A stretch of DNA of 64,000 nt. Origin: Phaeosaccion multiseriatum (Eukaryota > Protista > Ochrophyta, other classes). Both the position numbers and the translations under genes were made by a program. The stretch covers positions 3,596,001 to 3,660,000 of the forward strand of contig OZ218953.1 of NCBI GenBank assembly GCA_965112735.1. Direction: 5' to 3'. Shown here piece by piece: positions 48,238 to 60,264 of this stretch (its first letter is position 1; every line of letters begins with the position of its first letter). Below the pieces are notes generated by a model that ran no database searches, had not been told where the DNA came from, and saw nothing but the letters and a program-made list of their open reading frames with translations.

Positions 48238-49415
48238 GTGGTGATGCTGCGCTGTGTGACGACAACAACGGTTCATCATGGCGGAGGAGAGGCGGCTGGA
48301 GAGCGGGTGAGAGGCGTCCGTGGCGTGGCGGCATTGCATGGGTCAAGGCCGCCACTTCCAACATCGACACGTGTACACTTTTAAACGGCGTTTGGTGAGG
48401 GACACTGCGTCTCGACACCAACTCCGAGAGGGGCGAGTGAGTAAACTTTATATAGGGGGGGTGGGGTGGGTAGAGAGAGGGGTGGAGAGGAGGGAGGGGA
48501 GCGGCGGCAGGGAGATGGGTTCTGCTCGGGTGACTGATTTGTATGTATAGAAGGATGGCGAGTGTCCAGGACGCCACTCTATGTACTTCATTTCATCGGC
48601 CAGCAGCGTTGCGGCAAACACACGCACATCACTACCCCCCACCGACCCTTTCTCCATTCATTCAAAGCTTATTTTTATAGAGTCCGCACCGGTTTTTAAG
48701 GGTGTAGAGACGATTTTGTCAGCGGTTAGCGGGTGGGTGGGTTGGGGGTGAGGAAAGGAGAAAGAAGAAGAAAACAAGAAAACGATTTTTAGGAGGTAAT
48801 CGTGGGGTTGGGGTAACATAGAGGCGGAGCGGCACCAGCAGGGGTGTCACTCAGGCATCAGTCGGGGTGTCAAATCACTCAGGCAGTCAGTCAGTCAGTC
48901 AGTCATTCAGTCAGCCAAACTGCACTTAAAAGGCACCATTCGGGGAGTCACACTGCTTGGGTGCATTCATTTCATACTAGAACACGATATGTAAAACTCG
49001 GTACATAAAAAAAAGAAAACAACATCAACTGTGATTTCTTACAAGAGTGCAGCGCTCCTCTCAGAAGCTTGGCGGGCGTCCGTCCAAAATCAAGAAGTAC
49101 AACCCCCCCTTTTTTAAAACGAACGGCCCGCACTATCGCCATGACCAGCAAGCTTATTGTAGCCATACTTTAGGCTATACGGTAAAAGCAAAGTTGAAGT
49201 GTTGTGACGGGAGGGGTGTTTTGGCGGGTGAGGGCTGGCGAAGCTTCACAGCACACCCAGTCACTACTCACCCCATCGTCTCCTCCCACCTCCTTCCTTT
49301 CCTCCCCTCCCTCTACTACTACCCTTAATACCTTCTAAACTCTTCACACTCCCTCAGCTTACAAAAACCGACCCCGTCGGGCTGAAGGAGCCTCTCTGCC
49401 TAACCCAACGCAACC

Positions 49416-52400
49416 CTAATGGCAAGGGGTCTGAAAGAAGGCCAAGTCCGTTGGTCGCAGAGCGCCGCTGTCCGGGACACTGCTCGGGCCGGACTTGTCG
49501 CTCCCGGTGGTCTCCACTGTACCAGCGGGAGACTCCGGAGGCGGCTCGCTGCCCTCCCCCCTGTCGTCGCTGCCTTGTTCGTCACCCACATCGCCCCTAA
49601 GGGTGGCAGCGGGCGGCAGAGAATGGCTGAACGGCCCCTCCTCGTCGTCTCCGGGCTGCAGGCGCTGTAGGGGAGCTACCGCCTTACCGCGGCGCCATCG
49701 ATCAATCGCGCGGGCACATTCCTTGCTGGTGCCGTCGCCGAGAGAGAACTCCTGCCGCCGCCTGTAATCCTTCGCCCACTTTTCCAGCCGTGGTACAGCC
49801 ACGACCAGGAACAAGACGGTGCCCCCCAGGAAATAGGCGAGGACTAAGAGCACCGCAAACCCGTCGTTAACGTCGTCGTCCTCTCTCTCCCCCGCAGCTC
49901 CTGCTGCTCCCTCCGCCCCCCGTCCATCCCCCAGGGCGCTCCAAGCCGCCACCCCCACCACCCCTTCGCCGCCCTCCGCCTCAGCCTCGCCCCCTTTTGT
50001 TGGGTGCTCCATGAGTACATCCAAGTCTGCCCACGTCAACTCAAGCACGCGAGACTCCTCGTCGCACGCCCCGTAGCTCACCAAGATGCGCTCGCTGCCC
50101 GCCAGGGTGAGGCCAGAGACGAACACGGGGCACTTGTCCGGGTCCGAGCTGTGGTGGTAGGGTAGGAGTTCAGTAATAATAAAGTAGAGCACAATAAGAG
50201 AGAGGAGAACAAACGCGTGATCACGGTAGGGTAGGAGTTCAGTGAGTACAGCGCAACAAGAGAGAGGAGAAGACATGTGAGGAAGAAGAAGAAGAAGAAG
50301 AAGAAGAAGAAGAAGAAGAAGAAGAAGAAGAAGAAGAAGAAGAAGAAGAAGAAGAAGAAGAAGCAAAGCGCTGTGGTCGGTCCTTCTTGAATGACAATTG
50401 CATGCCTGAACCTCAACAAGTGCATGACGTCGGGCCTGGGAGAGCTCTCTCCATCTCTCTCTACCCTCCTATCTCCAGCTACTTGGGGTCCCAACTTGGG
50501 GCCAAGTCAGCACCTGCACGCACGCGCACACGCACGCGCACACGCACGCACCTGACGACGGGCAGTGGCCTGCTAATGGCCAGCGGGTAGAAGGGCTCCT
50601 CCGCCGTGAAGGTGACAAGGTAGTTGGTGTACGTGCCATCCTTGCCGAGCGTGTGGAAGGCAGCGAGTAGATAGTCAGGCAAGAAGGCGTTGTCCACACG
50701 GAGTGCGTTGGAGCCCCCGTGCAGCTCCACCTAAGGCACAGGGGGCAAGGGCGGGGAGGAGGAGGGAGAGGAGGGGAAGAGAGGAGAGGGGCGCGGGGAG
50801 AGGCGAGGTAACCACGGGAAGGTGAGACGCGGGGAAGCGCAAGCACGAGAGAATCCGGGAGAGGGAAAGCACAAAGCGCAAGCAAGCACGAGGGAGCCTT
50901 GATTGAGGCCCCTACATCCTTCCCACCTAGAGTCTACCTACCGGTCCACCCTACATACCTGCATGGCATTGCTAAAGTACAAGACTGGGGTGGTGACGGC
51001 GGGGTACTCCTGCGCGATGGCACCGCTATCCTCATCGAGCCGCAGGGGCGTGAAGGGTGACAAGTGGCGGATCATACCTAGCCCCCTGTGTGATGGGCGG
51101 TGTGGCGGTGTGTGCGATGAGTGGGCAGGGGGGGATGCGTGGAGCGATCGGTCGAGGGGCCACACACAGAAAGGGGGGTGGGGCAGCACCCGGGCAGAGA
51201 GAGTGAGGGTGAGCGGGAGGGGATGAGAGAGACAGGGGGCGCATTCACAACTGGCGCACACGAATCACCAATGAGAGACGAGGGCCGAGTCCTATCCTCC
51301 CGTCAAGTTTCAAGCGCTCGATTTGCATCGCGTGAAGCAAGTGAGGGAGGGAGGGAGGGAGGGGGTAGGAACACACGCGCGGATCGGCCGCACTCTGCAG
51401 TCGGCAGTTCACTCACTCGACTCGACAGACTGATTTTGATTGCTTGGTGCACCGTACTTACGATGGGCTTTCGGACGCCGCCCCTCCTCCTCCTCCTCCT
51501 CCTGCTGCTGCTGCTGCTGCTGGGATCTCAAAGGCCATCCAGTTCTTCTCAAACAGCTGCACGTCCGACGGCGCCGAGGAGCCGGACCCCCCGGGATGGG
51601 AGAGCTGCGACGCCAGCACCACCTGAGGAGAAGGGAGAAGAGGGAGAGAGAGAGAGAAGAGACAGAGGCACCGGGAGGAGCGGAGAGGGAAAGAGAGAGA
51701 GAGAGAGAGAGAGAGCAAAGGTCAAAACCGTCCGTTCCACTCCAGCGCTTTGGCCCGGCGAGAGAAGAGTCGGCTTCAATTGGCTGCAGGCGCGTGAGCA
51801 TCGAAAGCGACCCCCCGACACTTCAAACGAGGCAAGAAGGAAGGAGGCAGGCCAAGGACGAAACGATACACTCTTCTCACCTCGTCCTGCTCGGTCCTTG
51901 CTCTGAGGTCGCCCTCGGTGATGAAGGGACTGCCGATGGTGACTCCTGACGTCGGACACTCGCCGCCCTCCTGCAGCAGTGGGAGTCAATCAATCAGCAC
52001 GCCACAGACACGAACATACACACACACACACAGAGCAAGGGAGATGGAATCAGAGCGAGCGGCATCAGTCGTATGCACCACCTCCCACGCCTGCCTTGTG
52101 GGTGGGTCGGTCGACCGATTGCAAAGCTCCCTTCTTCCCTGTGGCACGGCACTCCCCTTCTTCCTTGTGGCACTCTTGCAAAGCATGCCCTATCGAATCA
52201 ATCACCCAATCACATGAACTACAGCGCTGCCAACTACCGGCGCATGTGCATGTTAACATGCAGTTGAGCTCCACCCATAACTTAGCACCCCCACCCGCAT
52301 AACCGCAGCGAAATGCACCCACCCCCGCACCCACTCACCTGATTGGGCAGCGTAGAGAAGAAGGTCATTTTGAGCTCCCCGTTGTGCTCGAACAGCCTCG

Positions 52401-54570
52401 GGTCCTGCGGGCCCGTCACCACCTGCTTCGTCCATGTGTCGTTCGCCGCGTGGTACACTGGAGCCAGCACACACGGGATCCACTCCGTCTCCTCCTTCTC
52501 TGCTTGGGTCAAGGCCGAGGGCGCGAAACGCAGCACCTGCAGATGATCACCGTTGAGAGGGGCGAGGGTCTCCGGGTCGACTTGTCCGAACACAATGTCG
52601 CTGTTCCAGGTGGTGGTCACGAGGGGCGAGCCGTCCAGCGTCTCTCCCGGGGTGGAGTCAAAGTCCATCCGGTGCCTTCTCGCGGCCACGAACATGGATC
52701 CGTCCTCGAGCATGAGCAGAGAGGGGTTGATGAATGCAAACTCGTACTGCCTGGCCTCGTTGCTGCTGCTGCTGCTGCTGCTGCTGCTACCAAGGGAGAG
52801 GCCTCGGAGGGACGAGCCTCGGCTACGGGTAGAGCCGTCTGCCTCTACTGCCAGGGCTGTCGTCGTTGCTCTGGAGGAGGGGACGGGCAGCGGCTCCGAG
52901 GTGGTGAAGTTCAGGCGTGTGTCTGTCGCCCCTGTGCGGTATGCGATGAAGGCCGGCGACAGAGGGCCAGAGACGTCGAGGCCAGCGCTAGAGGCTTCAG
53001 AAGAGGCACCGTCGGAGGGGGTCTCGAGGCCCAGCGAGACTGCCCAATCCTTGTCCACAGAGGTGGGCACCATACCCCAAAGGGAAGTGAGGCAGAGGGC
53101 CGCCACAGCAAGACCCCCCAGGCGCTGCACAAAAACCTTGTCCCCCTTGTGGTTAGGAAGCACCTTCTTGGCAGCTCGGGTGGCGAGGATGGCCACCGCC
53201 AGGAGGAAGGTTAGCATGCCCAGATCTGCAGGGAGTGGGGTGGAGAAGGGAGGCAGTCAGAGACATGCTGTCAGGGGGTAGGGAAGGACTGAGTGGGCAG
53301 TGGAAAGCACGAAAGGTTAGAGCATCACAGGTCACAGGTATGGGCATCAGGAGGGTGCATCGCCCAGGGGAACACCAGCAGAGCTGCTCCTGTGCCACAC
53401 CACACCTCACACCCGAGCACAGCACACAGCATCCCCACGCCGCCTCCTCGGTAGTTGTAGTTGGGTTGCTTGGCTCGATCGATCGATACACGCACCCATG
53501 CACTCACACACACACACATACACGACTCACTCACGCACGCACGCACTCACCAGCGTAGCCACCCCACACGTTGAAGGCCACAAACTGAAACACGTACACC
53601 GCAAAGGAGTATCTGCCGGCCACTCGGAAGGGCCACAGGTTGAACAGCAAAGCTACAGGGTCCTGTCCCAGGGCCAGGCCCAGCAAGATGAGGCCCTGCA
53701 GAGGGGCGAGGGCTCCGAGGCGGCATGTGAGCTTATAGGAGGGCGGCTGCACCTGCCTAATGGTGAAGACGAGGAGGAGGCCGAAGTAACCGACGGTGGC
53801 GCCGTACTTGAAGACCATGGGAGGGGAGTCACGGAAGTTCCTGGAGGAGAGTGAGTGAGAGAGAGAGAGAGGTGGGTGAGGCAAGAGAGGAAGAAGGTAG
53901 AGATGGAAGAAGAAAGGAGTGGGTGAGGTAAGGCATCGTGCTGCACCAACACTGACCTGAACAAGTAGGCGAGGCCCACTCCGTAGGCGTAAAGGTGTGC
54001 GTAGAAGAGCGGGAAGAACTTGAGCATCACAACGAAGATGTCTTCCCAGGACTCCGTGGCGCCTGAAGGGAGGGGTGGGGTAGGGGAGGGATCGCATCAT
54101 AGGGGCGAGGGTACGGGAGAGGGAAGCAGCAGCAGCAGCAGCAGCAGCAGGAGGAGGAGACAACAGCAAAGGGGATAGGGTGGCGCGGGGCGGGAAGAGG
54201 GAAAGGTAGAGCGGCGTGAGTAAGTGAGTAGTGAGGGAGGGTGGGCGGTGGCCGCCGTCGGAGAGGACAGACGGCCGAGCCGTATGTGTGTGTGTGTGTG
54301 TGTGTGTGTGCGTGCGCGCGTGTCTGTTCCCGGGCCCCGTCCTCCCCTTCTTCTCCCCAACTCACCGAAGGAGTGGGCGCTGTACCAGTCCGCCTCTGCC
54401 TTGGGCAGCATGTAAGCGAAGATGGCAGGCAGCCACCCTACAAGCGTCAGGGAGGTCATGACCGCCACCAGCCCGCGTCGGTCCAGGGACGCGAAGAAAC
54501 GCTCCATGCGACCGTGCAAGAACCTTTGGGTGTGTGGGGGGGGGGGGGTTGGGTGGGTGTTGCGTGTTTG

Positions 54571-54616
<46 letters not shown>

Positions 54617-57600
54617 TATGTGTGTGAGTGTGTGTTGGGACTGTGATTGTGTTCTCCCTCTGATTTGTGGCGGTGATTGTGTTTGACTACTGTGGTTCTG
54701 ATTGTGACGGTGTTTGACTACTGTAGTTGTGTTTGTATTCCCCCTGTGATTCGTGATTGTGTTTGTCTATTGTGATTTGTGATTGTGTCCTCCCCGTGAT
54801 TTGTGATTGTGTTGTCCCTGTGATTTGTGATTGTGATTGTGTCCTCCCTATGATTTGTGTTTTTGTTTGTCCCTGTGCTTTTGTGATTGTGATTGTGTGC
54901 GTGTGTTCCTGGAAGTGCGTGTGTGTGCGTGTTCTTCTCTCTCTGTGTGTGTTTATGCCTCTCTCTGTGTGGTGTGTGTATGGTATGTGTGTGTGCGTGT
55001 TTGTTTGCTTCTCCCCCCCCCCTCTGCGGTCTTCTCGCCCCTCACCCCCACACACGCCGCCACCCCCACTCATCGCATTGGGGCTAAACACGACTCTGAC
55101 ACTCCACATTGCTCTGCGCCTACCCTGACTTCACGCACACACGCACACATAGAATCGCTAAGCAAGCAAAGCCATCCATTCCGCCTCCTTCCTCCCTCTT
55201 CTTACCAGAGTGGTGCGATGGCGCCGAGGAACCAGCAGTGTGACTGCAGAACGTTCTCCGTGATCTTGGGGATCCATGCTTGCGTCAGCGTCACGCTCGC
55301 TACCGTCTCGAGCCAAGTGATTTGGTGCCTCCGGTCGTCCTTCACCGCCACAAAGAAGGCCGCCACCAACCCGAGGAGGTACACGGGGTACACGCTCTTC
55401 AAGCGCGCGAAGAGGAACAAGAGCGAGGCCCGCAGCTCCTGTCCCGGCTGTTGCTTCTCCTGCTTCTCCTCCTGCTGCTGCTGCTCCTGTTGCTGCTGCT
55501 CTTGCTGCGTCCCAAGGGGGGCGGTGTGGGCAGCGAAGGCTGCGGGGGAGGACGGAGTTTGAGTTTGGGATCGAGCGGGGAGAGCCGCTGCCGCCGCGTG
55601 CTGCTCAGCGCCATCCATCGTGCGTGCCAATCGCTCCACCGTGGCGCCGCTTTGGCCTACACTGACCGCCTCCGCTCCTTGTGCCGCCGCAGCCGCAGCC
55701 GCAGCCGCCTCCCTGTCCTTGTCCTCTTCCTTGGCCTGCCTCTTGAGCGAAGAGTAGGTGAGCACGAAGCCGGAGAGCATCATGAACCAGGGCACCCAGG
55801 TGAAGCCCCAGCCGATGATGTACCAGCGGGGCGTGGCCTGCGGGGAGGTGCCGAAGTAGTGCCCGCCAACGATGTGCTGGGAGGCGAGGAAGCGAGCCCC
55901 GTCTAGAGCGCTCAAGTAGCCCCACCCACGCATGCCACCACCGCCGCCGCCACCACCGCTGCTGTTGCTGTTGCTAGGGCTGCTGCTACTGCTGCCGGCC
56001 TCACTACGCCCTCTGACGCTATTGCCGCTCTTACCCCTGACCCACGCGACGAGGTCCCTCTTCCTGTCACCGGGCGAGAAGACGGACTTCTTCGCCTTCT
56101 TGGGGCTCTGGTGCTCCGCGGTCCTTTGCCCCTGCCCCTGGTCCTGCCCCTGTTCCTGCCTCTCTGCCAGTGCCTGCCCGTGTGCCGGTGCCAGAGGAGG
56201 GGGAGGGGGGCTCTCTTCCTCCTGATGCGAAGGAGAGCCCTCGAGTTTCGGCCCCCTGCGCAGGGCCTGGGCCCTGACCCAGCGCGTTGCCTGACCCCTC
56301 GCCCGGTTTAGCTTGTCCATCCCACCAAGCCACAGGCTCTTGGCCTTGTCCCTCACACAAGCCGACATGCCCGAGATACCTTTGCTCTGCACATCAGCCT
56401 TGGCTTGGCGCAGCATGCCCATCACACCTTGCCTGTCCCTGCCGCCTTGTTGTGGTGCTTGTCGGCTGCTGCCACTGGCCTGAGACGGCCGTGCCTTGGC
56501 CAAGGTGTGCAGCACGAGGAGGAGGGAGAAGGCCGCTGACACCGCCTTGAGGGGGGTGTACTTCCACGGTGTGTATGCCTCGGGCCCACTGCTGCTGCTA
56601 CTGCCCGAGGAAGAGAGGGCCTCAAAGGCCGCATCAGCAGCCACCGTCTCAGTAGCAGAAGCAGAAGCATTTGCAGCAGCAGCGCCAGCAGCAGCAGCAG
56701 TAGCCCCTCGCAGGGAAGAAGTGGCGACATTGCTGCCACTGTCGCTGTCGCTACCGCCGTCGGAGCCACCAAGGCCAAGGGCGGACTCCTCCGCGGCTTG
56801 GCTCGAGTTGTAGACCGGAGTCATGTAGGTAGGCACGGGCTCCTCGTCCAGCACAAGCCTCGAGTAGTCCACGACCTCCGGCAGGGGGAGGGGCCGCGCC
56901 TCTGTAGGGGGAGACGGGGCTGTGGTGGGGACGGCAGCGTCCTCCTCTGCCTCTGGAGAGGAGGTGCTAAGAGTGTTGTCCTCCGAGGCCTCGGATTCCC
57001 CCGTGGCCGCCGTCGTATCCGGAGCCGGAGTAACCCCCCCGCGGCCCTCTTGGTCCTCCTGGCTCGCTTCCGTCGTCCCCTCTGTGACCTCTGGGGGCAA
57101 GGAGTCAACGTCGGTGTCTGTGTCTGCTGTGGGGACAGCGTCATCATTCGGCAGCGCGTACGTGGTGACTCGACAGCCCCTGTGATAGTGCTCCCACCAG
57201 CCCTCTCCAGGGGGATGTCGGTACGGATTACAACCCTCGGAACCCACAATCTGCGTTTGTGTGTGTGTGTGTGTGCGTGCGTGGAGGGGGACACAAGCGG
57301 TGAGAGGTGGGCATGTCCAGTCCACGTCATTACTCCGTCACAACTCCGCAGCAGCAGATGACAATAAATGAGGCGTTCGACGGAGCCTCTCGCGCAATAT
57401 TAGCTCCTCTACGTGACTCTACACACCCACCTAGCCCCGCCTGCCTTTCTCCGTCGACCTCTACCACCGCCGCGAGTCACCCCAACCGCACCCCCCCCTT
57501 CCCTCACCCTCAACCCCACGCACCTGCTCCTCGCACTCTGCTCCTTGCACTTCATCTGCCTTGCACGCCACAGAGACGATGCGCTGGAACATGAGCAGCG

Positions 57601-59763
57601 ACGTGATGTGCGTGGGGTGGCCCATCAACACACCGGGGAAGTTGTCGTCCAGTTTCATTCCGTGGGCGTTGAGGACCAAGCCGTTATACGTAGTCGCCAT
57701 CTGCGGGAGAGGATGGAGGGGCACAGTGTTATTGTGTGGTGCGCAAGCGTGGTATCACCATCATCACATGTGACCATAACAAAAGGGCGGCAGGGGTGGG
57801 CAGTGGTGATACTACTGACAAGCACCATGGCGGTCGGCAATGCTTGTGACAAAAGTGCTCGCGTCGCTTTCTTAACATGCCACGCCCACGCCCACACTTG
57901 CCTGCTCCACCACCAAGCCGACGCCGTACAAGTACTCCGCCTCGTGCACAAAGACGGGCACAATGTTGGGGAAGTTCTCTGCCAAGACGTCCCCCACGCG
58001 GCTGTACTGCGTGTACACAAAGTCGAGCATGGCGTCAACGGGCCCGTCTCGGATGGCCAGGAGCTCCGCGCCCTCCTCCCCGAGTGCGTCACATGCCCCC
58101 CACGCGTCGTTGACAGGGTTGGCGCAGAAGCCGTACCAGGAGCCAATGCCTATCACGAAGTAGCCTGTGGCGTTCTGTTTATGCGGGGCGGGGAGAGGCA
58201 CGGAATGGAGTGGAGACAGCGGAGTGCGAGCTTTCAGTTAGGGGGCAAGCGGGGGAGGGGTGAGGAGGTGAGAGCGACAGGTAGTCTCTCCTCTGTTCTT
58301 TGATCCTCCAAAAACACGGGCCCGGCCCCTGGTCATTATTCCGCTGTGGGTAATGTACACACAACTAGGTGGCATGGCATGCCCCCCCCCCAAAGGATAT
58401 GCATATATACATCCACCCTACCCTCCGTATCCTACCCTTCCAACGCACGCACGCACGCACACGCACCTGTCTCCCGGCGGCCACGAGGGCGTGGAGGTGC
58501 TCAATGACTAGAGAGGCTGACACGCCTTTCCCGAAGGCTACGCTTGGCCTGCTTGACGGGTCGGGGGCGTAGACGGAGGCACAGTCGGAGATGTCCTCGG
58601 TGACGCTCCCTGGGAGAGCAGTAGTACCAGCAGCAGTAGCAGCACGTGAGGAGAAAGGCGAGGGCCGGCCCGGACCAAGGCATAGATCAGGAGAACGCGC
58701 TACAGGTACAACCCTTCCCAGGCCTCAGGGAAACGTGGTCCCTTCGGGAGGTGACGGTTTCCATGCAAGCCCACGTATTGCATTCTCTCCTACTCCGCTT
58801 CTTCCTCACCTTCCTTTGAGACCACTCCCTGGCCCTCCTCGATGACCACCTCCGCACACATGATGTTTACGAGCGAGCCCTTTGGGGCCTCGGCGTCCCA
58901 ACCCGGAGCCCCTCCGTCGAAGAGCCACTCGTGGAAGTCCAGGTCCTCGCTGTACTGCTCGCCCAGCCACGGGAACACGCCCCCCATGAGGCCGGACATG
59001 ACGCTACCGCCAGCGATGAAGATGAGCTGGTCCTCTCCTTCTCGGGTGGTGAGGCACTGCGCCAGCTCTTCCTGGTCGTAGAAATGGAAGTGGCACTCGT
59101 GTGGATCTGGAGGAGAGAAAAGACGAGGGAGATTGTGTGGGAGAGGGAGAGGGGTCAGCGGAGGGAGCCACAAAGGGGCCGCACAGAAGCAAAGGCTCTA
59201 CTCTCTTGTGGCGAGAGGAGAGGTGAAGAGCTGAGGGGCCAACACCACCCACCTTCAAGCTCAAAAGTGTTGCACAGGGTAGATCCGTCCTCTGTGGTGT
59301 CACACCTCCACTGTCCTCTGGTGGATACATCAGCGCAGCGAGGGGTGCAGGAGTTGGGTCGAAAGTTGGGATTGGGCACCACCACGACCTCCACTCCGTC
59401 TTGCCCTGCGCGGGAGGAAGCGAATCGGCACCAGCGGCCAGGGCAGAGAAAGAGGGGGGATGAGTGGTGAGGTGTATGCGTGGGTAACAATGGGCGAGAT
59501 GGAAAAATATGAGGAGTGGGCATGAGTCGGCACCGCACCCTCCCACTACCCCCCCCCACTTCTCCTTGTGACTAGCAGCCTGGTGAATCATCACACCCTC
59601 CTCTTCTCCCATGTGGATGCAGTCTTATTGCTCTCCCCCCACTCGTCTGCTTATGATGACTGTCCTCAGCTCAGGGACACAAAAACTCACCTCGGACTGG
59701 AGTCGAGGTATTTACCAGCATGAGAGCAACGGCGGCAAACGTAGACGCTGCCATCGGTACCAT
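49416..59763 (-). CDS. ~1,960-aa membrane protein: signal peptide, SGNH/Cas1-TBL-like domain, TM, acyltransferase-3 domain, GT91/GH130-like beta-propeller, TM (16 exons)
   Basis: Exons 59763-59691, 59405-59253, 59106-58810, 58609-58467, 58174-57902, 57700-57524, 57250-55206, 54523-54366, 54062-53957, 53840-53551, 53225-52339, 51970-51881, 51622-51462, 51085-50959, 50730-50552 and 50148-49416 are all phase-compatible. AT3 motifs: LDGARFLASQHIVGGH, FMMLSGF, RLKSVYP, GRYSFAVY. Propeller motifs: INPS, GPQDPRLF, EKNW, HGGS, VSYGACD. Confidence 0.8.
50283..50362. repeat. (GAA)n microsatellite, intronic (TTC on the sense strand)
   Basis: Directly visible. Confidence 0.95.
54570..54990. repeat. Intronic (GT)n plus degenerate (GATTGT)n repeats
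   Basis: Recurring gtgatttgtgattgt blocks between GT runs. Confidence 0.8.
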
Positions 59764-60264
59764 TGCTCCTCTCCGCCCCGTCATACCTCCCCTGAATAGC
59801 AAGTGTTGGGCAGCAGCAGCGATAGGCGTGGCGAAACTTGGAATTAAGTGTTCAGTGGCGTGGGATCAAAACGGCAATATCCAAGACATGGAACAATGCC
59901 CGCCACTCTTGGCAGACCGCCACGCCCTGAGCTCAGTAGAGCACAGCACACGACATGGCGCTCCTTACCATTTATCAGGGAGTCTCGGGTGTGCTTTTGT
60001 ATGGAATGAAGTGTATTTGTGTATTTTGTTCTGAAGATCCTTGTTTGTGGCGGTTTGTTGTTTTTTCTTTTCCACGATCCACCCTGAAACGAACGTTTCA
60101 ATTTGCAACAAGCTGCTCCTCCTCCTTTCTTTTCCTTCTCTTCCTTCCCTTCTCAACTGCTGGGGAAGGGGGGGATACGACCTCCTCTCCTCTTCCCATT
60201 CTACCTACCTCCTCCCTCACTCCTCCTTCTCCTCCTGCTGCTGCCCTTCTTCCTTAGGGAGTGG

